Shown here in pieces: positions 47,093-58,387 of a stretch of 64,000 bases of DNA. The stretch spans positions 192,001 through 256,000 of the forward strand of contig CBDCZH010000016.1 in NCBI GenBank assembly GCA_965224485.1, read 5' to 3'. The notes beneath the pieces are model-generated. The model was not told where the DNA came from and made no database searches. It worked only from the letters and a program-made list of their open reading frames with translations. Both the position numbers and the translations under genes were made by a program. Source of the DNA: Arcobacteraceae bacterium (GTDB lineage: Bacteria > Campylobacterota > Campylobacteria > Campylobacterales > Arcobacteraceae). Numbering within the stretch: position 1 is the first letter of the stretch; every line of letters begins with the position of its first letter.

Positions 47093-49130
47093 ATTCTCTC
47101 CTTAACTCTATTATAAAACTAGTTGGATTTTTACATTTCTGTAAAAATAATCTTCCTTCCATCTTATCTTCTATTAACAGTTTACACAAATGTAATCCTA
47201 ATCCTGTTCCTTCTTTTCCTTTAGTAGTATAAAGAGCTTGAAAAATTTTATCTTTTTGTAAATAATTAATTCCTTCTGCATTATCTTCAATTCTTATAAT
47301 ATAAGTATTATTTTGTTTTTCTAAATATATGTCTATACTTGCATCTTTACTAGAATCTTTTTTTAATGAGCTTTTTAAAGCATCCTTTGAATTATCTATT
47401 AAATTTAAAAGAACTTGTTTTAAATATGAGCCATATGAATAAATTTCATATGATATGTTTTTATCATAATTAAATTGAAGTTTAATTCCATTAATCTGTA
47501 AACTTGGCATTATTATTAAATTAATTTCATTAAAAACATTAACTATATCAAAATTGTTTTTACTGATATCTTCTTTATAAAAATTTCTAAATGTTTCAAT
47601 AGTTTCATTCATTAATTCTATATTTGCTCTTGATCTTAACAGGTACTCGTGTGCTAAGGGCATTTTACTTTTATTAATCATTTCTTCTAAATTACTTATT
47701 AATAATAGTAAAATACTTAAAGGTTGTCTCCATTGATGAGATATTGCACTTATCATTTCACCTAAAGCAACCATTTTGCTGTTTTGAATATAAATCTTCT
47801 CTTGAATTGATTCTTTTTTCTCTAAAAAAGCCTCTTTTGAAATATCTGTAATGATAATTAAAAAACCTTCAAAGTATTTATTTGCTCTTAATAAGGGTTT
47901 TATTTGCATATCATAAACTATATCTTCATTTTGTATTTTAAAAGAAATGATTTTATTAGGATCATTTTTTAATTCTTCAAAATAATCTTTATCTTTAGGA
48001 AAAATATTTTTATTATTTATAAGATGAGATATATTGTAAATACTTTTGGAATAAATTTCTTTATTTCTAAAAGAGAATATTCTTTCATAAAATTTATTTA
48101 CAAATACAATTGAACCAATTTCATTTGTCATTAACACACCCCAAGATGAACTTTTTGCGAATAGTTCTAATAAGTGTCTGCTATTGTAGAGTCTTTTTTG
48201 TGTCCACGAAATATACAAAAAACTTAAAAGACCTAAAAATACTAACGATAAAGTAATAATAGAATTAATAAATAGTTTATCATTTAATTTTTTGTATATT
48301 TTTTTTTCATCTAATACACTAATGAAAATCCAATTACTATTTTTAAGTGAATCAAAGGTAAAAATATAATTATTTCCATCTATCATGAATGTTTTCACTC
48401 CAGATTTTTTATGCAAAAAAGATTTACTTAGTTTTTTTAAAACTGTCTCTTTTATTTTAAATCCAAACTCTTTTGCTTTTAAAATAATATCACCTTCTTT
48501 TGACATCATAAAAGCAAATCCGTCTTTTACAGGCATTAAAGATAAAATATCTCTCTTAAAAGTATTGATTTTTATATCACTTGATAAAACAGCATATAAT
48601 TTGTTATTTTTGTAAATAGGGCTTGCAATTGAAATTACATTACCTTCTAAATCTGAATCTTTGTAAGGTGGGGTAACAATTATTTTTTTATTTTTTTTAA
48701 CATCTTTATACCATTGTCTCTTTGTGGCTTTATACCATTTAGGGGCAACCCAGCTAATTCCTGTTATAAAGTAATCATCATAATATCCTATATAAACACT
48801 TCTAAAATCACCATTTTTAATACTAAGAGCTAAAATATCTTTAATTAAAGAATAGTCTAATATCCTGTCTTTTTTAGAAATATATAATGCAGTTGCTTGA
48901 ATTACCCTTTTTTTAGAATTAAGTTTCTCATCAATCTTTCTTTTATAAGCTTTTACTAGTTGTATTTGATTTTGTCTTACAGTGTCTAAAAGTAAATCTC
49001 TGTTACTTGAATAGTTAGAATAAATAACAAATATATATGTTAATAAAATCATTAGTAGTATACTTATAATAAATAAATATTTTCTTCTATTTACTCTTTG
49101 AAATTTATTTTTCATTTTGATTTCTTTCAT
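47076..49130 (-). CDS. dCache + PAS sensor histidine kinase
   Basis: YKATKRQWY...PPYKD Cache motif, two TM segments, ISHQWRQPL and GTGLGL motifs. Confidence 0.92.
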   Translation of the reverse strand: MKEIKMKNKFQRVNRRKYLFIISILLMILLTYIFVIYSNYSSNRDLLLDTVRQNQIQLVKAYKRKIDEKLNSKKRVIQATALYISKKDRILDYSLIKDILALSIKNGDFRSVYIGYYDDYFITGISWVAPKWYKATKRQWYKDVKKNKKIIVTPPYKDSDLEGNVISIASPIYKNNKLYAVLSSDIKINTFKRDILSLMPVKDGFAFMMSKEGDIILKAKEFGFKIKETVLKKLSKSFLHKKSGVKTFMIDGNNYIFTFDSLKNSNWIFISVLDEKKIYKKLNDKLFINSIITLSLVFLGLLSFLYISWTQKRLYNSRHLLELFAKSSSWGVLMTNEIGSIVFVNKFYERIFSFRNKEIYSKSIYNISHLINNKNIFPKDKDYFEELKNDPNKIISFKIQNEDIVYDMQIKPLLRANKYFEGFLIIITDISKEAFLEKKESIQEKIYIQNSKMVALGEMISAISHQWRQPLSILLLLISNLEEMINKSKMPLAHEYLLRSRANIELMNETIETFRNFYKEDISKNNFDIVNVFNEINLIIMPSLQINGIKLQFNYDKNISYEIYSYGSYLKQVLLNLIDNSKDALKSSLKKDSSKDASIDIYLEKQNNTYIIRIEDNAEGINYLQKDKIFQALYTTKGKEGTGLGLHLCKLLIEDKMEGRLFLQKCKNPTSFIIELRREFDKSN

Positions 49131-49246
49131 TTATTAAAAAATTATTTAAAAGTTTATCTTTTTCCTCATAAATAGTTTGCATGAATTATTTAAATAGTGA
49201 AATAGTCTAAAATTATTTGTTAAAAGAAGTAGATTATAAAAATAAT

Positions 49247-49453
49247 TTATTTATTTTTAGTTTTGCACTTTTTATTGTCTAAGGGAAAGAAGTAGTCTTT
49301 TGTGATTAAACATATGGATATTATCCATAAGATATCCATGATATAGTTGTTATGATACGAGAGATAAAAATAAGCTATTGGCAAAAAAATAGCTAAAGGA
49401 TACTTAATAAAATAAAAAAAGAAGATAAGTGTTCCATAAATAATTTTAAGCAT
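49247..49453 (-). CDS. Small hypothetical membrane protein
   Basis: 68-aa hydrophobic ORF overlapping the stop of the preceding gene. Confidence 0.55.
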   Translation of the reverse strand: MLKIIYGTLIFFFYFIKYPLAIFLPIAYFYLSYHNNYIMDILWIISICLITKDYFFPLDNKKCKTKNK

Positions 49454-50138
49454 ATCTTTCCTTTAGTAAAAAATAAAACACTACAGATAAGCCTGCTGAA
49501 CTTAAAGATAAAGCCATAATCATAATTTGGTATCTTATTGCTATTAAAGGATCAACTCCTGAAAGTATTTGTCCTGTCATCATACCAGGTAAGGCAACTA
49601 AACCAACTGCAAACAACGCATTTATTTGAGGAATCATTGAGAGTTTAAAAGAGTTCTTTCTTGCTTGCTTAAAACTTTTTGTTGTTATAATTTCTTTTTG
49701 GAATCTTTGTATTACTAGGGATAAAGCATTCATGCTATTTATAAAAATCATTCCAGCAATTGGAATAACAAAACGTGGTTCATATAAGTTATTTAAATCT
49801 AAAACAAATTGTATTACTAAATACAGGTGAAATAAGCCAGAAATACTAATTGAGCTAAAAATAAATATATATTCTTTAAAACTTTTATCTAAACTATTTC
49901 TAATCGTAATAAAAGAAGCAATTATAAGCATAAATAAAATAATTGCCAAACCTAATAAATAATTTGTTTCTTTAAAAAGATAAATTAAAAGATAAGCTAT
50001 TAAAATAAGCTGTACAATCATTCTAAGTGTTGCATAAATTATCTCTTTATCATCACCTGTCCATTTTTTATAAAAATACCAAAGTATTATTATTGGAAAT
50101 AAGGTAAATAATAAATTAGTAAAAGGAATGTTTTGCAT
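49446..50138 (-). CDS. UPF0014/FetB(YbbM)-type ABC permease
   Basis: RMIVQL, IPIAGMI..NSMN and GLVALPGMMTGQILSGVDP..A.RYQI motifs. Confidence 0.88.
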   Translation of the reverse strand: MQNIPFTNLLFTLFPIIILWYFYKKWTGDDKEIIYATLRMIVQLILIAYLLIYLFKETNYLLGLAIILFMLIIASFITIRNSLDKSFKEYIFIFSSISISGLFHLYLVIQFVLDLNNLYEPRFVIPIAGMIFINSMNALSLVIQRFQKEIITTKSFKQARKNSFKLSMIPQINALFAVGLVALPGMMTGQILSGVDPLIAIRYQIMIMALSLSSAGLSVVFYFLLKERYA

Positions 50139-50139
50139 T

Positions 50140-51036
50140 TTATTGGTTTAGTAAATCTCTTAAACTATCTTTTGGGTTTTTGCCCTGTAGTACTTTTTGA
50201 ACTTCTAGGGCAATAGGAGTATAAATATCATATTTTTTACTTAAATGAATAATAGCATCAGCTGTTTTCACCCCTTCTGCAACTTCTCCTAATTCTTCTA
50301 AAATTTCTTCAAGAGTTTTTCTTTTAGCAAGTCCTAAACCAACTCTATAATTACGACTTAAAGTAGAACTAGCTGTTAAAAATAAATCCCCTGCTCCACT
50401 AAGTCCTAAAAAGCTAGATTTTTTTGCTCCAAAATGTTTTCCAAATCTTTGCATTTCTACTAAACCTCTTGCTATTAAAGAAGCTCTAGCATTGTTTCCA
50501 AGATCTAAACCCTCACAAATACCAGAAGCAATAGCAAGTACATTTTTATAAGCTCCTGCTACTTCTGCTCCTATTACATCTTTTGAATAATAAGTTTTTA
50601 GAAAATTAGGAAAAAATTCTTTAAATTCATTATAAAGTTTTTTTGATTTTGAGTTTATTACAATAGCTGCTGGAAGTCCTTTTATTACTTCTGCTGCAAA
50701 TGAAGGTCCTGAGATAAAACCAATATTTGAAGAAGGAACAAACTGCTCATAAATTTCATTTAAAAACATACCTGTTTTTGCTTCAATTCCTTTAGACGCC
50801 ACTAGAATTTTTTGATTTTTAAAAATAAAGTTTTGTTTTAACCAAGATCTAATTTCTTGAGCTGGAATTGCTATGATTAAATAATCACAATTTAAAACTT
50901 TTTCTAAAGAAGTAAAGTTTTTAATATCTCTAGGTGTTCTTGATGTTATATAAACCTCTTGTTTTTGGCTTAAAGCATAATGTAATGCTTCTCCCCACTT
51001 ACCAGCTCCAATAACACCTATTGATATTTTTGACAT
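50140..51036 (-). CDS. gpsA: NAD(P)H-dependent glycerol-3-phosphate dehydrogenase
   Basis: GAGKWG, SKGIE, SGPSFA, KNVLAIA and GDLFLTA.S..SRN motifs. Confidence 0.95.
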   Translation of the reverse strand: MSKISIGVIGAGKWGEALHYALSQKQEVYITSRTPRDIKNFTSLEKVLNCDYLIIAIPAQEIRSWLKQNFIFKNQKILVASKGIEAKTGMFLNEIYEQFVPSSNIGFISGPSFAAEVIKGLPAAIVINSKSKKLYNEFKEFFPNFLKTYYSKDVIGAEVAGAYKNVLAIASGICEGLDLGNNARASLIARGLVEMQRFGKHFGAKKSSFLGLSGAGDLFLTASSTLSRNYRVGLGLAKRKTLEEILEELGEVAEGVKTADAIIHLSKKYDIYTPIALEVQKVLQGKNPKDSLRDLLNQ

Positions 51037-52458
51037 TTACGCTAATCTTTGTTTTAATAATTCATTTACTTTAGCAGGATTTGCACTTCCTTTTGAAGCT
51101 TTCATAGTTTGACCTACAAAGAAACCAAAAAGTTTATCTTTTCCAGCTTTATACTGCTCAACCTTATCAGTATTTGCACTTAGAATAATATCAATTATTT
51201 CTAAAATAGCTCCATCATCAGATACTTGTTTAAGTCCTAGTTCCTCAATTGCTTCATCTACTTCAACATTATTAATCATTAAATAGTCAAGTACTTCTTT
51301 AGCAGCTTTTCCTGAAATTGTATTATCTTCTATATTTTTAACTAAAGTTGCTAGTTTTATTGCACTTACTGCTGAAGTAAGAATATTAATACCTTTAAGT
51401 CTTCCTTGTAATTCAACACTTAACCAAGTAACAGCATTCTTAGATGTAATTCCTATACTCATCATTTCTTCAAAAAAGTTAGCCATTTCTAGATTTGCAG
51501 TTATAACAGATGCATCATATTCTTTCATACAAAAATCTTTTACATATCTTGCTTTCTTTTCATCTGGTAGTTCTGGAATTACTGAATATTTTTCTATCAT
51601 TTCATCACTTATAATTAAAGGCAATAAATCTGGGTCTGGAAAATATCTGTATTCAGCAGCATCTTCTTTTCCTCTCATAGATCTAGTTTCTCCAGTTTCA
51701 ACATCAAATAATCTTGTTTCTTGAACAATTTCAGTTGAGTGAATTCCATCTTCCCAAGCTTCAATATGTCTACTTACTTCATATCTAATTGCTTTTTCAA
51801 TAAACTTAAATGAGTTCATATTCTTAATTTCACATCTAGTATTTAAGTTCGTATCACCTTTTGGTCTAATAGAAATATTTACATCACATCTGAAGCTTCC
51901 TTCTTGCATATTAGCATCAGATATTCCTAAATATCTTACAATTGAGTGAAGTTTTTTAAGATATAAAATTGCTTCTTCACTGCTTCTCATATCAGGTTCT
52001 GATACGATTTCAAGTAAGGGTGTTCCTGCTCTGTTTAAATCAACTTTAGATTGATTCGCTTCATGTATATTTTTACCTGCATCATTTTCTAAGTGAGCTC
52101 TAGTTACTCCAATTGTTTTTTGCTCTCCATTTGGAAAGTCTATAACTAGTTCTCCTAAATCAACAACAGGAACTTCAAATTGTGAAATTTGATAACCATT
52201 TGGAAGATCTGGATAAAAGTAATTTTTTCTGTTAAAAATAGATTTCTGATTTATTTTAGCTTTAAGAGCAGTTCCTAGCATAATAGCCTTATGAACTGCC
52301 TCTTTATTTAGTACAGGTAAAGCTCCAGGAAGACCTAAGCATGTTGGACAAACATTTGTATTTGCTTTTGCCCCAAAACTTGTTGCACAAGAACAAAATA
52401 GCTTAGAATTTGTATTTAGTTGTACATGTACTTCAAGTCCTATAATTACTTCAAACAT
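51037..52458 (-). CDS. gatB: Asp/Glu-tRNA amidotransferase subunit B
   Basis: [36 protein letters not shown] and YRYFPDPDL motifs. Confidence 0.97.
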   Translation of the reverse strand: MFEVIIGLEVHVQLNTNSKLFCSCATSFGAKANTNVCPTCLGLPGALPVLNKEAVHKAIMLGTALKAKINQKSIFNRKNYFYPDLPNGYQISQFEVPVVDLGELVIDFPNGEQKTIGVTRAHLENDAGKNIHEANQSKVDLNRAGTPLLEIVSEPDMRSSEEAILYLKKLHSIVRYLGISDANMQEGSFRCDVNISIRPKGDTNLNTRCEIKNMNSFKFIEKAIRYEVSRHIEAWEDGIHSTEIVQETRLFDVETGETRSMRGKEDAAEYRYFPDPDLLPLIISDEMIEKYSVIPELPDEKKARYVKDFCMKEYDASVITANLEMANFFEEMMSIGITSKNAVTWLSVELQGRLKGINILTSAVSAIKLATLVKNIEDNTISGKAAKEVLDYLMINNVEVDEAIEELGLKQVSDDGAILEIIDIILSANTDKVEQYKAGKDKLFGFFVGQTMKASKGSANPAKVNELLKQRLA

Positions 52459-52468
52459 TTATTTCCTT

Positions 52469-53296
52469 TTATCTTACTATTTTAATATCAGCATTTAATT
52501 TTAATTTTTCAAAATGATCTTTTAAAAAACTTTGTTCTCTTTTTTTCATTAAAACTGAAAAAATTCTATTTTTAACTTCCTTGAATGCTAAACTTTGAAC
52601 TCCTGATTTTTCTACTAAATAAAACATAACAAAGTTTTTATTTGCAGTAAAAATTGGAGTAAATGTTTTTACTTTTGTGTTATTTACAATATATTTTAAT
52701 TGAGAGTTTAAATTCTTTTGATTTAGTTTTACATTTTTCTTACTAACACCTTCAAGTTGAAGCATAGGATTATTTTTAATAGCTAATAATGCTTTTTTAT
52801 TTTTTGAAACATATTGCACAACATCTATTTCTAAGGCTGTTATAAATATATTTTTATTATTATCATAATAAATTTTCATATCTTCATCAGTTGCAATTTT
52901 TAAATTACCTCTTACTAAACTTTGGATTAACTTTTCTTTTAAAATAGCTACTTTTGTTTCTTCTTCAAAAACAGAATAATCTTTATACTTTTGTCTAATA
53001 ATAGATTTAAAAGTGTATAAATCCATACCATTAGAAGCGGCTACTTTTTCTAAATAATTATTCGTATCAAAAATATCAACACTTATGTTTTTATTATCTA
53101 ACTCTTGTTTGTACAAAACTTCATCAACAAGTGAATTTACGGCATCAGCTTTACTTAAATTAGCTTCTTGCATTCTTTGTTCAATATCAAAAGTTGTAAG
53201 AGCTTCATCATTTACACTTAAAGCAATACCATTACTCATTTGTGCAAAACTTAGACTTGTTAATAAACAAAGTGTATATAAGGTTCTTTTCATCAT
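52469..53296 (-). CDS. SurA-like periplasmic chaperone
   Basis: Signal peptide, IALSVNDEALT SurA-N motif, C-terminal LKLNADIKIVR. Confidence 0.75.
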   Translation of the reverse strand: MMKRTLYTLCLLTSLSFAQMSNGIALSVNDEALTTFDIEQRMQEANLSKADAVNSLVDEVLYKQELDNKNISVDIFDTNNYLEKVAASNGMDLYTFKSIIRQKYKDYSVFEEETKVAILKEKLIQSLVRGNLKIATDEDMKIYYDNNKNIFITALEIDVVQYVSKNKKALLAIKNNPMLQLEGVSKKNVKLNQKNLNSQLKYIVNNTKVKTFTPIFTANKNFVMFYLVEKSGVQSLAFKEVKNRIFSVLMKKREQSFLKDHFEKLKLNADIKIVR

Positions 53297-53384
53297 AATC
53301 CTTTTTTATAAAGCAGATATTTTATCATAATAATAGTAAAATAAAAATAAGTACTTAATTCATAAATTTATAATAAGAGAGTCC

Positions 53385-55364
53385 ATGAAACATATTTTAT
53401 TTAATTTAACTTTTATATTATTTTTAAGTTCAAATCTATTAGCTAATAATGAAATAAAACAAGTAGATTTTTCTTCCAAAGAAAAGAAATATTTGTTAGA
53501 TAAAAGATTTGTAAATATTTGTATTGATCCAGAATTTATGCCTTTTGAAAAATTATTAGATGGTAAACATTATGGTTTGATTGGAGATTATTTTAAAATA
53601 ATAGAAGAAAAAACTAAACTTTCTTTTCATATAATTAAAACTAAAGATTGGAAAGAAACCTTTCTTTATGCTAAGAGTAGGAAGTGTGATATTATTTCTT
53701 TAGCAGTTAAAACTCCTTCAAGATTAAAATATTTCAATTTTTCAAAACCTTATTTAGAGTCTTCTTTAGTATTATTAACAAAGTTTGATAAAGAGTTTAC
53801 TAGTGATATATATACTTTTAAAGAAGAAAAAATAGCTGTTGTTAAAGGACATGCTGGGGCTGAGATAATTAGAAATAAATATCCAAATATTAATTTAGTA
53901 GAATTAAATTCTTTAGAAGAAGTTATAAAATATCTAGAAGAAGATAAAATTTATGGTTTTGTTAGCTCTGATGTTTTGGTAAAATATTTAATTAAAGAAA
54001 ACCCTTCTTCTAATTTAAAAATATCAGCCCAGTTTGATCTTATTTTTGCAGCCTCAATTGCTGTACGAAATGATGATTTAATTTTATTAGGTATTTTAAA
54101 TAAAGCAATACTTAGTTTAAATAAAGAAGATAAAAAAGGAATTTTTACTAAATGGCTTTCATATGATGTAAAAAAAACTATTTATTTATTTTATTTTTAT
54201 GAATCTTTAGCATTTTTTATTTTAATTTTTAGTTTTTTATTTTATAGGCATTTTTCTTTAAAGAAAAAAAATAAGCTATTAGCAAAAAACCAAGAAAAGT
54301 TAAAAGATAGTTTAGAAGAGTTTGAAAATATGATTAATTCTACTATTGAGGCAATATTTGTTCTTGATAAAGGATATTGTACTAATGCAAATGATGTGGG
54401 TGTTAAACTCTTTGGATATAAAAACAAAGAAGAACTTATAGGTTTACATGCTTTAGCTGTAATTAACAAAGATTTTCACTCTCTTGTAAAAGAAAATATG
54501 AAAAATAACTATATAAAACCTTATGAATGTGAAGCTGTAAAAAAAGATGGAACAATTTTTCCTGTTTTAGTAAAAGGACACACTTTTATTTTTAAAAATA
54601 AACAAATAAGAATAACTGCTGTGATTGATCTTAGTGAAATTAAGAGTAAAGATAAACAATTAGCGCAAAAAAATAAAATGGTTGCTTTGGGTGAAATGTT
54701 AGGTAATATTTCCCATCAATGGAAACAGCCTTTATCTGTTATTTCAACAGCTGCAAGTGGAGTTTTACTTCAAAAAGATCTAAATATATTAGAAGATAAA
54801 CTTTTTTACGAAGCAATGAATAGCATAGTTAAAAATACTAAATATTTATCTAAAACTATAACTGTTTTTACAGATTTTATAAAAGATGATAAGAAGAAAA
54901 AACTTTTTTCAATAAAAGATAATATTAACAATACCCTTTGTGTTCTAACTGCAATGTTAAAAATAAATAATATTAAAATCATAATGGATTTTAAAGATGA
55001 CTTTTTTATAAATAATTATGAAAATGAATTTAGCGAAGCTTTAATGAATATATTAAATAATGCAAAAGATGCTTTTATCTCAAATAATATTGAAGAAAGA
55101 TTGATTTTTATTAATGTTTATAAAGATAAAGATATTATTATTGAAATTAAAGATAATGCAAATGGAATAAAAGAAGAGTTATTAGAAAAAATATTTGAAC
55201 CATATTTTACAACAAAACATAAATCTCAAGGCACAGGTCTTGGTTTATATATTGTGAGTCAAATAATAGAAGATAGTATGAAAGGTGCAATACTAGTTAC
55301 TAACAATAGTTATACGTATAATGATATTTCATACAAAGGAGCCTTATTTAGGCTCTCTTTTTAA
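53385..55364 (+). CDS. Sensor histidine kinase with solute-binding (PBPb) and PAS domains
   Basis: CIDPEFMPFE PBPb motif, TM, PAS, ISHQWKQPL and GTGLGLY motifs. Confidence 0.92.
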   Translation: MKHILFNLTFILFLSSNLLANNEIKQVDFSSKEKKYLLDKRFVNICIDPEFMPFEKLLDGKHYGLIGDYFKIIEEKTKLSFHIIKTKDWKETFLYAKSRKCDIISLAVKTPSRLKYFNFSKPYLESSLVLLTKFDKEFTSDIYTFKEEKIAVVKGHAGAEIIRNKYPNINLVELNSLEEVIKYLEEDKIYGFVSSDVLVKYLIKENPSSNLKISAQFDLIFAASIAVRNDDLILLGILNKAILSLNKEDKKGIFTKWLSYDVKKTIYLFYFYESLAFFILIFSFLFYRHFSLKKKNKLLAKNQEKLKDSLEEFENMINSTIEAIFVLDKGYCTNANDVGVKLFGYKNKEELIGLHALAVINKDFHSLVKENMKNNYIKPYECEAVKKDGTIFPVLVKGHTFIFKNKQIRITAVIDLSEIKSKDKQLAQKNKMVALGEMLGNISHQWKQPLSVISTAASGVLLQKDLNILEDKLFYEAMNSIVKNTKYLSKTITVFTDFIKDDKKKKLFSIKDNINNTLCVLTAMLKINNIKIIMDFKDDFFINNYENEFSEALMNILNNAKDAFISNNIEERLIFINVYKDKDIIIEIKDNANGIKEELLEKIFEPYFTTKHKSQGTGLGLYIVSQIIEDSMKGAILVTNNSYTYNDISYKGALFRLSF

Positions 55365-55372
55365 AAAAAAAT

Positions 55373-58208
55373 TTATACTTTTGCGCTAGTACACTTATTT
55401 ACTAAATACATAATTGAATTATAATCAAGTAAGGAATGCTCACTTAGACCTATTTCACAGGTTTTAGAAGTAGAGAAAGCATATTTTATTTCAGGTTTTA
55501 ATGATGATTTTAAATTTTTCAAAGCAGATTTATTAAGTTCTGGAAAATTAAATCCTCTATCTCCTGCGAAACCGCAACATTTTACATCCAAAGGAGAGGT
55601 GACATCATTTGCACACATATTTGCAAGTTTAATAAATTTTTCATGCATATTCATTTTTCTTGATGAACAAGTTGTATGAATAGTAATAGCTTCATTTATT
55701 TTTTCAAAATTTAAATATTTTGCTAAGACTTCTAGGCAAAATTCAATTGGTTCATAAATCTTTATTTTTACTTTAAAAGCTTCTGTCATCCTTTTTGTAC
55801 AAGGAGAAGTATCACATAAAATTGGAAATTCACCATTATTACTCGCAATAACTAATTGCTGCTCTAAAAGCTTTGCTTTTGAATCACCTTGCTGTTTATA
55901 ACCTTTTGATGAAAAAGGCATACCACAGCATAAGTCATCTAGTTCTTTTGGTAATATAATCTCAAAACCAGCTTTTCTTAGAAGTATAATAGTAATATCA
56001 AAAAGTGATTTCTCTTCTGTGCTATTTTGACTTAAACCCATGGATCTACTTATGCAAGAAGGAAAATATACAATTTTTCTCTTACTTTTTATATTTGTAA
56101 AGTTTTTATTTATACTTGTTGATGAAGGAAGGGAACTTGACCAATATGGTGTTTTTAAAACCTTTCTCGCTGTTTTTGTAAGAGAAGTATAAACTTTAGT
56201 TCCAAGTAGCTTATGCGTCATATTTGAAGCTTTTAATCCAAACTTTATTAGGCTTAAAGTATTTGAAAAGTTATTTGCGACAATAGAAGCTATTTTATTA
56301 CTAAGAGGTGAACTATTTTCATGTCTAAGATATTTTGTTAAAGACCCTGTATCAATTCCAACTGGACAGGCATTTGAACATAAACTACAAGTTGCACAGG
56401 TGTCTAAACCATCATAATTATAATCTTTTTTTAGTTCTCTTGCTTCTTTTATTTCACCTATTTCTTCTAAGCGTGAAATTTCCCTATTTGCAATTATTCT
56501 ATGTCTTGGGGTAAAGGTAATAACATTTGAGGGGCAAACTGGTTCGCAAAAACCACACTCTATACAGGTATCAACTAATGAATTAGTAGCAGGTAAAGGT
56601 TTTAAGTTTTTTAAATGAATATTTTTATCTTCATTTATAAGAACATCTTTATTTAAAATATTTTTTTTATCAAATATTTTTTTAATTCTTTTCATTATGG
56701 TATATGCCAACCTACCCCACTCTAATTCAATAAAAGCAGCCATGTTTCGACCTGTTCCATGCTCTGCTTTTAAGCTACCTTGATACGTAAGCGCAACTGA
56801 AGAAGTTACATCATTCATGAAGTTATCATATCTTTTTACTTCTTTAGGATCTTTAAAATCTTGAGTAAAGACAAAATGTAAGTTTCCTTCTAGGGCATGT
56901 CCAAAAATTAAAGCTTCGTTATATTCATGTTTTTTAAATAAATCTTGTAATTCAATAGTAGCTTTTGCTAAGTGTTCAATTGGGTAAGCAACATCTTCAA
57001 TAATAACTGTTGTTCCTATTCTTCTAACAGCCCCTACTGCAGGGAAAAGACCCTTTCTAATGTTCCAAAATTGAGTGTACTCTTCTACTTTATTTGTAAA
57101 CTCAACTTTTCTTACAGTTTTAAATTCTGTAATTATATGTTTTATCTCTTTTACTTGAAGCCATAAATCATCTTCACTACTTGCTCTTGTTTCTATTAAT
57201 AAAGCTGTAACACTTTCATCAAATTCTTTTAAATAAGAAGGCATTCCTTCTTTGTTTTGAACTGTTTTAAGAGCTTTGTTATCCATAAGTTCAACAGCAT
57301 CAACAATAATTTCTTTTTTATCTTTTGCTAGTTTTAGTTTCTCAACTGCCTTGCAGGCATCTTTCATATCTTTAAAAAATACTAAGGCAGAAGCTTTATT
57401 TGCATAATCTTCAAGAGTATAATAAGTAATTTCTTCTATAAAAGCTAGAGTTCCTTCACTTCCAATGATTAAGTGAGCCAAAATATCAAAGGTATTTGTA
57501 AAATCAATTAGAGAGTTTAAAGAGTAACCACAGGTATTTTTTATTTTAAATTTTTTTCTTATTAAATCGCTTAGTTCTTTATTTCTGTTTACCTCTTTGC
57601 TCAAAGCTCTTAGTTCATCTAAAAGTTCTTTATGTGAAGACTTAAAATCTTCTTTTGATTGTTTATTACCTGTATCTAATCTCGTTCCATCTGCAAAAAT
57701 TAGTTTTATAGACTTTAATGTTTTATATGAGTTTTGTGAGATACCACAGCACATACCAGAAGCATTATTTGCTGCAATTCCCCCCTCTCATAGCTGCATT
57801 TATACTAGCTGGGTCTGGACCTATTTTCTTTTTATAAACAGCTAATATATTATTTACCTGCTCTCCTGTTAAAGCTGGCTCTAAAGATATATAATCTTTA
57901 TTAGCAGATAAGCTATATTTAGTAAACTCTCTACTTGTTATTAGTAAAATACTTGAAGTTATAGCTTGTCCAGATAAAGAAGTGCCCCCTGCTCTAAAGG
58001 TTAGGCTTATATCTCTTTTATAGCACTCTTGGATTATTTTTTGAACTTCATTTGCATTATTTGCTTTGATTACAATTTTAGGAATTAGTTTGTAAAAAGA
58101 GGCATCACTTCCATAAACTAAAGTATGTAGTTTACTAGTAAATATATATTTTTTATCTATATATTTTATAATTCCATTATAAAAATCTTGGTATGTTTTA
58201 TCTAACAT
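55373..58208 (-). pseudogene. FAD-binding + Fe-S D-lactate-dehydrogenase-like oxidoreductase, split by a +1 frameshift
   Basis: ORF 57765-58208 (FRAGGTSLSGQA...GPDPASINAAM) and ORF 55373-57754 (MCCG...FGHALEGNLH...KAEHGTGRNM...CIECGFCEPVCP...CCG) join as GGIAANNASGMCCG if the G6 run at 57780-57785 is G5. Confidence 0.85.
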
Positions 58209-58257
58209 TTTTTTTCCTTTAATATGTTTATTATTATTTAGGTAAAAAAATCTTGGA

Positions 58258-58371
58258 TTATTCTATTCTTGTAATTGTATAAATTCTTTGTTGATCACTG
58301 TAGATAAAAGAGTACATAACATCACATCTTTTAAATGTGATACTAGAAAGTAAGTTTAAAATAGCTTTCAT
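58258..58371 (-). CDS. Possible 37-aa small ORF MKAILNLLSSITFKRCDVMYSFIYSDQQRIYTITRIE
   Basis: AAGGAG RBS 7 nt before ATG, embedded in a branched inverted-repeat structure. Confidence 0.3.
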   Translation of the reverse strand: MKAILNLLSSITFKRCDVMYSFIYSDQQRIYTITRIE

Positions 58372-58387
58372 TTATGTACTCCTTTTT

